Shown in pieces: positions 36,101-48,100 of a stretch of 63,862 bases of DNA (its first letter is position 1; every line of letters starts with the position of its first letter). Both the position numbers and the translations under genes were made by a program. The notes under the pieces were generated by a model, which searched no databases, was not told the DNA's origin, and saw only the letters and a list, made by a program, of their open reading frames with translations. Source of the DNA: Negaprion brevirostris (taxonomy: Eukaryota); NCBI GenBank assembly GCA_030324005.1, contig JARDVH010000025.1, positions 63,910,897-63,974,758 on the forward strand. The letters are read 5' to 3'.

Positions 36101-39100
36101 CAGTATTTCACAAGCTCATGTAACCTTATTTGACTGAACACAATAACATAGAGTTGACAAACTATTGCTGTTTCTTGTCTCACTTGAGGGAGTTTTTACA
36201 AGCAATGAGTGAAATTACAGACATGCATTGGTCTTCGTTATTTTTGTAAATCATCCCTTGGATAAATAATTTGTCTGGACCCTTTAGTAAAAAGCAGATA
36301 AGTTCCAGGATGCTTCATTATTAATGCTTCCAGTGGGAATTGAAAAATGCTGGTTTGCTGATATGGTCTGTTCATAAAGGAGGGGAGGATAAACTATGAA
36401 GCTGGGCTAGCGCTTAATATAAAAAAGGATAGCAAGAGTTTTTATAAATATATAAAAAGGAANNNNNNNNNNNNNNNNNNNNNNNNNNNNNNNNNNNNNN
36501 NNNNNNNNNNNNNNNNNNNNNNNNNNNNNNNNNNNNNNNNNNNNNNNNNNNNNNNNNNNNNNATCTTATTGAATGGCGGGGCAGGCTCGAGGGGCTAGAT
36601 GGCCTACTCCTGCTCCTATTTCTTATGTTCTTATGTCTGAAATATTTTAGGAGTTCTTGATTATTTTTGGTTAGATTTGTTACCTTACTCATGTTACGCA
36701 GGCTTTTTTTTTCTCATTTGCATTTGGGCATAAATAATTTCCAGTGCGAGTTACAGAAAGGAAAGTTGGGTAAGCATATTATAGATATGTGAACCTTTTT
36801 GCTTGACTTTTACCCCCAAGCAGCAATGAGAAATATTTCCCCTGTAAGGTGTAAGGCTTGATTTTCAGCCTAGACGCAGGTAATGTGAGTTGGAAAATTT
36901 GCCAGCTCGGTATGCCTGTCACATAGGGTCCACAGTGCAGGGATTTTGTGGGGGGTGGTGGGTACTAACTGGAGTTGAGTCTATTGCCCTGGAAACAGTT
37001 CAGAGACAGCCACAGAGGCTGTCAAGTGTTGAGGCAGGCTAGTTAAAAGCCCTGCCTCAGTGATCTGAAACTTTGTCCCAATTATTTTATAAAATATTAG
37101 ACACTCTAGCCCTTACAACCCATCAATGCCTCTCTCCACCCACCCACAGTGGCACCCTCATGCCCTCCATGCCAACCTCTCCATTCTAATCTGTGGTGCT
37201 GCCATGCCCTTTTACCCAGAATACAATGTGTACAGCACCAATTAACATTATAGTACAAGTCAAAATAGAAAAAGGTGGAAAGACTCAGGTATGGTGGCAT
37301 CTGTGGAGAGAGAAACAAGAATTAGGGCCTAATTCTCCCAAAGAAATTCTAAGTGCTGAATTCACGGGAAAACTGGTGTAAATCACAATTGTTTTTTCAG
37401 CGGGAGTTCAGGCACAAATCTCCCACACTCTGTGCACTGTAGAGGCCACAATTATGAATATCATTAAGATCTTGGAGGGGCAGGGCCTACTCATGCTGGA
37501 GTCTGACAGTTCCAGATCTCTGCGCATGCGCACTGGTCCCGATCTGTCAGACTCCCATTTACTGGCCAGCTGAATCACTAGCCAGCCTGGAAGTCTCGCA
37601 ATGTTTCCTCCCTCAATCCTCCCATGGTCTGACTGTTCCACGACCATTCCAGGGCCAGCGCCGATCTCTTCACCCCTCCCCCTGCCCGTCCTGGAGCGCC
37701 CGATCTCCAGCACCCTCCCCCATCCCGAACAGTGATGATCCTCCACCCCAACAGCCCTCGCCTGCCCCGATCACTGGCCTCCCTCCAGCCCTGACCAAAT
37801 CCCGATGCAGAATGGCAGCGAACCCCCCATCCCCTTCGATTTCTCCTAGGCCTTACCCCTGTGTCACTGCCCCATGCCCAGTGGGCAGTGCCAAGGTGCC
37901 CCCTGGGCATGGACACTTTGCCCCTTGGATAGTGCAGGGGGGCACAGGCTAGCACTGTTCAGGTGCCAATGGCCGGGGGCACCATGCCCTTGTCATCCGT
38001 CCCGATTGCCTCCCTTTCACTCCAGTGGGGTCTCCTGCTAGTTCCCCAAATGTGGGGAGCTATTCTAAACCATGCTAGAGTGAAATACACCTGATGGGGT
38101 GGGAGATGCTATCGAGCCTGGAGAATTCAGTCCAGGGCCCAATAATGACATTTAAATGACATTAAAAACAGAGTAAAATAACTTACCTGGTCTTTTAGCC
38201 AGTTTCCAGTGTGGTCTCAACTCCACATGCTTCCTGGAGGTGGGACGTGCGCATCTCCCAACCCGACGCATCAAAAAACATGTACGTTGCAATGGGAGAA
38301 TTGGGCCCACTGTAACGTTTCAAGTCCATGGACTCTTCTTGAAGTGCTGAGGATGGCAGAACTGTGATTGATCATGTAGGTGGAGAGAAGGCTGGAGAAG
38401 GTTGGGCAAAATAGAAGGTGAAGTAGAGATGGGAACTCAGGAGAGCCACTCCACTTTAGAGGGCCACCCGTAACTTGTTTTGCTTCCATGGCGCTGACCC
38501 TTGTGCTCATATGGAATGATGCCAACACACAGGTTCAATTCCCAAATTGGCAGAGATGAAGGGCTTACCTTCTCAATCTTGCCCCTAGGTATGGTGACCC
38601 TCAGGTTAAATAACCACCAGTCAGCTCTCTCTCAAATGGGGAGAGTAGTCTGTGGTCCTCCAGATATTTTGTATTTTCACTGCTATTAACACATTTTGCT
38701 CTCTTACCTTTTATCCCACTATTAGCACCTTCTTTAGTTTTTAACACCACAATTAACCATCTCATTGTATCCATGGCATCTTTGTCAAATCTCTCCTGAT
38801 CACACACCAATCCCTTAATTTCTATTTTCTCCACCCTCTCCACCTCTGCCTCCTCACCCCCTCTATATCGTCCACCACGTATTTGCCTCTCTTCAGTTCC
38901 AGAAAGAGCAATTCAGACTCACACTTTAAGTCTGTTTCTATCTCCACAGATGCCGTTCAACCTGCTGAGTCTTTCCAGCCTTTGCTGTTTTTATTTCAGA
39001 TTTTCAACATCTGCTGCATTGTGCTTATGTAGCATTATAATAGCAGTGTATACTGGGTGAATGGGCATGAGAGTGCCGTAGGTGGCAAGGAAGGTATGAA

Positions 39101-42100
39101 GAGTCATTTGGAGTAGATGGAGAACATGGGAAAAGGGGAAGGCAGGGGAGTGTGTGTAAGACTTTATGAACTTGCTTTTTAAATGGTTTCCTCATTGAGA
39201 GTTTGGTTCACAACCCTCCAGAGGGGCTGCAAATCATTAACCTTCAAAAAATTGACCCAAATCCACAAAAATTAGTGGGAGGCTGTGGTGTCTATTTGCA
39301 CCATGGACCCAGCCAGGTCACGATCCAGTCCACACCGTTATCCTATATTCCAACTCCATGAAAATCACTCCATTATCTTTATTTTTACAAAAATGGAAAT
39401 CACTAGATCTAAAGGTGTGCTAGGAACATTTTGGTTAATTGAGAACATCAATTAGAGAGACAATTCTGCAATTTGCTACTGTTAAGTGTGAATATTAATG
39501 GTAACTGTTACAGTTTACAAAAAAGTTCTTTAAATGCCCTCAAGGATATTCTTCCAGGAGATAGTTCTTGCATATTGCATGCAGTTTGAATAACAATTAT
39601 AAGCTACAGCATGGTGGCACAGTGGTTAGCACTGCTGCCTTACAGCACCAGAGACCTGGGTTTGATTCCTGATTTGGATCACCGTCTGTACAGAAATCTG
39701 CACATTCCCCCATTGTCAGTGTGGGTTTCCTCCGGGTGGTGTGGTTTCCTTCCACAGTCCAGAGATGTGTGGGTTAGATGGATTAGCCATGGTAAATGAT
39801 GAGGTTATGGCAGTGGGGCAGAGGGGTGGGCCTGGGCGGGATGTTGTTCCAGAGAGTCGGTACAGACTCAATGGGCTGAATGACTTCTTTCTGCACTGAA
39901 GGGATTCTATGGTTATTGTTCATGGTCCATTTTCCAACATTTTATGCCCAGATTGTTGCAGTTGTATTTATCTAAATGACATGTCATATCTTGGTAGACA
40001 GTAGTTAAAAATGACAAATTTATAGGTCAGTGATTACAGGACATGTGACTGCATTGCAATTGGTAGAAAGTATGAAACAAATGTTGTTGACCTCGTATGT
40101 TATATTTTACAGTTAAAAGTGTTGATGCTCTTCATTTGCCGTATGGACGACCGAGAGTTGTGCAGGAGAACAGTAAGTGGTGTCTCCTGTATCAACATTG
40201 GTATGTAAGTGGCTACAGCCATGACATTCAGATGCCATTGTGGAGTGCATACACTGTTAACAAAACTGTAAGTTTCCAATTCCTATCACTTCTGTGTTAT
40301 TTAAATATGTCATAATTGTTTGTGAGAGATTAACTATCTCTTTGTCTTTGACCATTCTCCAATTAAACCACTTGTCTATAAAATGTCCAAAGATGTGCAG
40401 GTTAGGTGGATTGGTCATGCTAAATTGCCCATTAGTGTCCAAAGAAGTGTAGGTTAGCTGGATTAGCCATGGTAAATGTGTAATGTTACCGGGATAGCTT
40501 AGAGGCTAAAGGCCAGGGGGGTTGCTCTTTCAGAGAGTCAATGCAGATTTGATGGGCTAAATAGTCTCTCTCTGCACTGTAGCAATTCTATGGTTCTGTA
40601 GGGATTCTAATCTAGTTGTCTGCATGGGATATTTTATAAAAGTAAACAAAAAGGATCATTGCCTCTCATTGAAACAATTCAGTCATATGTAAGTTTCATA
40701 GCTGTTTATTGACAACAATTAAATTTCTTCTTTTAAAAATTATATGGCTCCATATGGACATTTCTTAACTAAATTCCATTATTTTAAAAGATTTATCCTC
40801 CAATTCTAACAGACAGTTAGTAGTACACTTCATCATTCTCACATTGTAACACACTTGGAAAAGTCCCAGAATATATTTCCCAACCAAAACTTGCTCCATT
40901 TCTAGTTGTGACTGAGGCTATATGGTCACCAGACCAGAAGGGCAAGTTGGGACTTTACACATTATGATGAGGCTTCCAAGATTTTTATCATTATTTTTCC
41001 ACATTAACTGCAGTCAACTGTGTTCCTCGGGCACTGAGAGGTTCATCAAAGCAAGCACTTAGTGGTTTCAGTGGGTAACTGACTTTACTCCTACCACCAG
41101 ACTCCTGTCTGTGAAGCCTTCAAAATCAGGCCCTAACCTCAATAAGCATCAGAACATCTGATGAAAGACCATCAAGCTGAAACATTGCCCAGAACTTTCC
41201 GCCTGTGGGATCCTCCAGTCCCGCCGACAGCCATATGCCTGCCGCAGGTTTCCCAGCAGCGAAGGTACATTCACTGGGAAACCCTATTGGCAGAATGAAA
41301 AGATCCCACTGCTGGCCGCTGGCAGGCTGTCTCTGTCACTATGAAAGACACAACGGGTTTTGTGGAAAATCTCATCCATTGGCCATGATTCTACCATCCC
41401 GCTGTGCTGATTTTTTAGCACAGCAGGCAGGGAGAATCTCATGGCAGGCGGTGCATNNNNNNNNNNNNNNNNNNNNNNNNNNNNNNNNNNNNNNNNNNNN
41501 NNNNNNNNNNNNNNNNNNNNNNNNNNNNNNNNNNNNNNNNNNNNNNNNNNNNNNNNNNNNNNNNNNNNNNNNNNNNNNNNNNNNNNNNNNNNNNNNNNNN
41601 NNNNNNNNNNNNNNNNNNNNNNNNNNNNNNNNNNNNNNNNNNNNNNNNNNNNNNNNNNNNNNNNNNNNNNNNNNNNNNNNNNNNNNNNNNNNNNNNNNNN
41701 NNNNNNNNNNNNNNNNNNNNNNNNNNNNNNNNNNNNNNNNNNNNNNNNNNNNNNNNNNNNNNNNNNNNNNNNNNNNNNNNNNNNNNNNNNNNNNNNNNNN
41801 NNNNNNNNNNNNNNNNNNNNNNNNNNNNNNNNNNNNNNNNNNNNNNNNNNNNNNNNNNNNNGGGCGCAATCGGAGCCCTCCAAAGGATCAGGTGCATTCC
41901 TCCCAGGGTACTGGCACTCTGCCCATCAGGCATGGGGCAGTGCCAAGAAGGCAGGGCCTGATGGGAGCAGGGGCTAGAGGGTGATCAGTAGGGATGGGAG
42001 ATCCCACTGCCACTCTGCAAACAGGATTGGTGGAGGAGGGGAGGGAGGCAAGCTATCGGGTTGGGTTGAGGTGATAAGCACTGTGGAGAGGGGGTGGGGG

Positions 42101-45100
42101 TGTGGCTGGAGATCAGGGCAAGGGGAGAGGGCAGAGGATTGGCGATGCATGAGTCGCAGGGCTGGCCAGCAATCAGAAAGCTGTCAGTGCGGGACCACTA
42201 CGCATATGCCGATCTTGGCAGTGATAGATTGATGTGTGCACAGTAGCCTGCTCAATGCAATGATTTCAGCCTCTCCAGCTGAGGTAGGCCCTGCCCCATA
42301 TTTTTAATGATATTCATGCTGATGGCCTCTGCAGTGCAAAGAGTGAGGAAGATTCTTCTCTCAACTCCCATTGAAAGAACCAGTGTGAATTACTCCAGTT
42401 TTCGACACTTAGAATTTTTTTGGGAGTATTCCAGTCATTAACTCTGCTAGTCTCTCCACAAATCTGACTTTTTGCAGTATTTGGTGTTTTTATCAGCAAC
42501 TTGTTTGCAAGGCTGTTGTCAGACATAACAGGAAACAACATGATTAAGTTTGTTATTTTCATTTCCTGTTCCTTTAGAACAACAGTGGTGTCATGAAACC
42601 ATAGAATGATACCGAACAGAAGGAGGCAATTCAGCCCATCGGCTGTATGCTAGTTCTTTGTAGAGCTACCCAATTAGTTCCACTCCTCTGCTCTTTCCCT
42701 ATCCTGTAAACAATTTACCCTTCAAGTATTTATCCAGTTCACTAGTGAAATTTCCTGTTGTATTTGCTTCTTTCACCCTTTTAAGCTGTACATTCTGGGT
42801 TTTAACAACTCACTGTGTAGAAAAAATCTTTTCTCATGTTGCCGCTGGTTCTTTTGCCAGTCCCCTGACATCTGCATCCTTTGTTTATCAAACCATCTGC
42901 CACTAGAAACAGTTTATTCATATTTATTTAATGAATTCAAACTAGGGTGCTAGTGAAAGTTAATGTTTGCCTTTTAAAGCATAAGTTTTCGCAATCAGGA
43001 TATCCGTTAAGAATCTTCAAAAGGCATCCAGTCACTTTTTGGATATGAAGTTCATTCGTATGTTTTAAAGCTGTGGCCATGGTAATCAGCCTTCATGTAA
43101 GGTTGATTTAAGTTGTGCAATATTTGTTGAGCTGTCAGCATTCTTTCGGACCAGGTCAAACACAATGTTAAAGAGACTACAGGGATGGTTTGGATGGATT
43201 GGTTGAATTATTATCATCAGTGGGTGGGGTTTATCCCAATTTCNNNNNNNNNNTGCCACGATTTCAGCGCAACATCAGTTGAAACACTGAAGAAATTGGG
43301 TGAATAGCTCAATACATATTTTTCTAAAAGTTTTGTCTTGCATATTCATGTTCGTTTTTTAATTGTAATGAAGGTCATGTTAAGAGTTTGGTCACATGAA
43401 ATATTTGTTAGCACGAGTGGGCAAACATGACCACTACAGACTCAGAGTCAGGTTCAATAGCGGTACAGCTCTATTTAACATCGGCGGAGGTGCGATCAGG
43501 ACATACAAACAGCACTGTCCCAAGAGCACTCTGCAAGCCTGCCGCAATGGGCTACAGTTATACTCGAACTTTGACACGTTGTATGTTCAAGTGTTAATGT
43601 TNNNNNNNNNNNNNNNNNNNNNNNNNNNNNNNNNNNNNNNNNNNNNNNNNNNNNNNNNNNNNNNNNNNNNNNNNNNNNNNNNNNNNNNNNNNNNNNNNNN
43701 NGAGTGCAGTTTAGTCTGTTTCATATTATATACCGAACTTCAGAAATTTGTTGTCCGCTAACATGTTGATGATGTCATTGGCTGTTTGCCCAGGCAACAG
43801 GCAGACTATCCTAACAACCTGTAGAGTAAACACATTTCCAATAGAAATCTCATTTGTTTGTTTGGACGTTGGTGGTCTTAAAGCCTGTCTTTTAAAAATG
43901 CCCCATTTGCACATTTTTAGAGAATCACAGTTTGTGTTTCTTTTTAAAATAGAATGTCAAATGCATATTTTTGTGGTACCTATTATAAAATACATTTGCA
44001 CTTTGTCACTGATAGAAAAATATAGAGCTAGGTGAAAAGACTTTGTCTCCTCCTATGACATGTCTGTTGTGTTGACCTGTTGCGTACTACTCAGTTTATG
44101 ATTGATGAAGATCCTTATTGTCGAAACTTCATTGAATATCATTCTTATTCTTTTGTTTTGCTAATAGGAAAATCTAGTTCCTCCTCTGCCAAACATTTTA
44201 AACTGTACTCTCACTGATGTTAGAATTCCTTTTAACAAAAGCCAAGGTTCATACAACAATGAAGATCTGAACTTAACTTACAGGTTCCTTTATCCACCCA
44301 GTAAGTATTGCACTGACTTGTGTTAAACTGCATGTGGCGCTTTAATTACCCCAGATTTTCATTAAACCTGCCTAGAGGTTCATTGCAACTGTGCAAGGTG
44401 TTGTTTCACTTCTGTAACAAGAAGGGCTGTTAAGTATTAAGAAAACCTACTATTACCACTCCTTAGCTGAAGTTTATGGATGGATTACTCTTGTTTCCAT
44501 TTATTGATGTTTTAATTTTGACCCTCTGAATTTAACACTTGGCCCTCTTCAACAGCAGTAATGCGGCTGTTCCTCAAAAGGCTTTGTTGCACTGTAATAA
44601 AAATCCAATATTTTATCACAGTTTCAAATTACAGTTCCCAGACTGTATGAAGACCTGGATTTTCCTTGGTAAAAGTGCCCATTTTCATGCATTTAGACAG
44701 GGACAAGAAGCAACATAAATTGACATGAGGGAGGTAATCCAAAACCTCCTACCAAAACTCCCCACTGAACCTGCTCCACCTTACATGGGGATGATGGCTG
44801 TGACTTGTGTTACCTGTAAAAAGAAATTTACTGGTCTTACATGTGTATGAATTAAAAGTAGAAGTGGGGCACTGACACCTCAAGCCTGCAAGCCGTTTAA
44901 TAAGATCATGGCTGATATGTTTGTGTTTTGAATTCTGCATTGCTATCTATCCTGATAACCTTTGATTCCCTTGCCTAATACGATTACATGTACCTCCGCT
45001 TTTAAAATATTCCATGACCACGCCTCTACTGTCTTCTAAGGCAGAAAGTTCCAAAGTAACACAACCCCTGAGAGAAAAAAGAATCTCTTCATCTTTGTCC

Positions 45101-48100
45101 TAAAAGGGTGACTCCTAATTTTAAAACAGTGCCAATAGTTCTGGACTCTCAGACAGGAGGAATCATTCTTTCTACACCCACCTTGTCATGACCATTTAGG
45201 ATCTTCAATAAAATCACTCCTCCTCGAAACTCCACTGGAAACAAAGCCAGTCAATCCAACCATTCCTCATAAAACAAGCCACTCTTTCCAGGCATTAATC
45301 GAGTAAACCTCATCTAAACTGCCCATAACACATTTACATTCTTCCTTAAATAAGGAGGTCAAATCTACACACAGCATTCAATATGTGGTGTCAGCAATGT
45401 CCTGTATAATTGAAGCATAACATCCTTACTTTTACGTTAAATTCCTTTTGTAATAAAGTATAGCATTTCATTATCCTTCTTATTAACTTGCTACAACTAT
45501 ATACTAACATTTTATGATTTGTAGACAAGTACACCTAAACCCCACTGCACCTTAGGATTCTGCAGTCATCCTCCATTTAATAATACTCTGCTCTTTTATT
45601 TTTCCTGTCAAAGTGAACAACTTTATAACCTTCTGCAACCTCCTTATGTCCTCTTCACAACATAGTATCCTACCTATTTTTGTCATCTGCAAGTTTAGCT
45701 AGTGTACCTTGGCTCTGCTCATCCATGAAAAGCTGAGGTCTCAGCACATGCCGGACTATACTCATCACATCCGGTTAATCAGATGAAGACTCATTTATGG
45801 ATATTCTTATGCATACTCTGTTTGCTGTCAGCCAGCCAATCTTCTATCTATGCTAATATGGTACTCACTTCACCATGAGCTCCTACTTTGTGCAATAATC
45901 ATTGATGTGGCACCTTTTCAAATACCATCTGGAAATCCAAGTACAGTATGTCTAAGGGCTCCGTGTTGTCCACAGTGCATGTGAATCCTTCAAAGAACTC
46001 TAATTTATCAGTTGAACAAGATTTCCTTTTCATAAAAGCATGCCGCTTCTTCCCAATTAACAAGAGTTTTTCCAAGTACCCAGCTATAATCTCCNNNNNN
46101 NNNNNNNNNNNNNNNNNNNNNNNNNNNNNNNNNNNNNNNNNNNNNNNNNNNNNNNNNNNNNNNNNNNNNNNNNNNNNNNNNNNNNNNNNNNNNNNNNNNN
46201 NNNNNNNNNNNNNNNNNNNNNNNNNNNNNNNNNNNNNNAATAACAATGCACTTACTACCTCATTAGTCATCTCTTTTGAAACCCTAGAATGAAGTCCATC
46301 AGGATCTGGAGACTTGTCAGCCTGCATCTCCATCAGTTTGCTCAGTACCATTTCTCCAGTGATTGTAAATTCACCAAATTCCTCTGTCCCTTCCACTTCC
46401 TGATTTACAGCTACTACTGGAATGTTTTTTGTATCTTCTATAGTGAAGACGGAGAAAAATATTTATTCATTTCTTCCACCATTTTTTTACTATCTACTAT
46501 TAATTCCCCATTCTCACTTTTTAGAGAACTTGTATTCACTTTATTTACACTCTTCCTTTTTAAATACCTGTAGAAACTCTTGCTATATGTTTTTGCATTT
46601 CTAGCTAACTTTCCGTACTGTAATTTCTTTCTTTTGATTAATCTTTAATCATTCTCTGACATTCTTTATATTCAAACCAATCATCTAACCTGCCACTCAG
46701 CTTGGTACGTTGTATGCTTTTTTTAAGTTTGATACTTTCTTCACCTTCTCTGGTTAACTACAAATGCTAAGTCCTCCCAAAGAATCCTTCAGTGCAGAGG
46801 AGGCTCTTTGGCACATCGAGCCAGACTTACCCCGTAACCCACATATTTATCCCACTAATCTACATATCCTGGGACTAAGGGGCAATTTAACTTAACCAGT
46901 CAACCAAATCTGCACATCTTTCGGTTGTGGGAGGCAATTGGAGTATCTGCAGAAACCCATGCAGACATTTAGAGAACACGCAAACTCCACACAGACTGAA
47001 ATTAAACATGGGTCCCTGGCACTGTGTGGCAGCAGAGCTAAATATTGTGCCACCATGCCCTCCCCTTGGAATCTTTCTGTATAATAGAAATGTACTTAAT
47101 CTGAGTATTCTGAAATATTCTCTTAAATGTCTGCCACTGTTTCACTACTGATCTATCCCAGAGCCTAGAATCCCAGTTCACTTCAGCCAGCTCAGTTTTC
47201 ATGCCCACATAGTTACCCTTGAAATATTCAACTTAGACCTACTCTTCTCACTTTCAAATGGGATGTAAAATTCAATTTATGGTTGCTACTCTAAGGAGTG
47301 CCTTTTCTCTGAGGTCATCGATTAATCCTGTCACATTACGCAATACCAAGTTTAATATAACCTGCTCTCTGGTTAGTTCCAGAATGTGCTACTCTACGAA
47401 ACTATCTCAAAAGCTATTCTAAACATTCTTCACCCAAGCTACTATTGCTTTTCCAGTTTATGTGTTAATTAAAAATTTCATAATTATGCTGCCCCTTTAT
47501 CATAAGTACCCAGTATTTCTTCTTGTACACTTTGTCTTGCATTATGGTCACAGTCAGAGGCCTGTAGATTACTCCTACTAGTGATTTCTTTTCCCAACTA
47601 TTTTTCCTCTCCACTCAAACCAATTCTACATCCTGATTTTCTGAACTAGGTCTCTAACAATTGCAATAATGCCATCCTTGATTAACAGTACTATTTCTCC
47701 ACCCTTTCCTAGCTTCCTATTCTTCTTAAGTGTCATAGACCGCTCAATACTCAGGACTCAGTCTTTGTCCTCCTGCCGCCACATCTCCTTAATGACTATC
47801 AGGCCAACTTTATTTACATCAGTTCATTTACTTTGTCATGAATGCTACACACAGTCAGATACAGAGGCCAGGATTCCCTGGCCGCTCATGCCAGCGGGAT
47901 TTCCTGGCCCCACCAGCAGCGCACCCCTGTCTGTGGGTTTTGTGGTGGCGTGGGGTGACATCAATGGGAAATCCCACTGTCAGCAACAGGAACAGAGAAG
48001 CTCACCACCACCAAACAGCACATCGCCTTCCACCATCAGGAAACAAGGCTGGAGAATCTGGCCCTGAGCATTTAGCTGTGTAATTTTGTAACGCCCAATT

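Noticed and set aside
41205-41984. Long ORFs (up to 259 aa)
   Set aside because: Artefacts of translating through N gaps.
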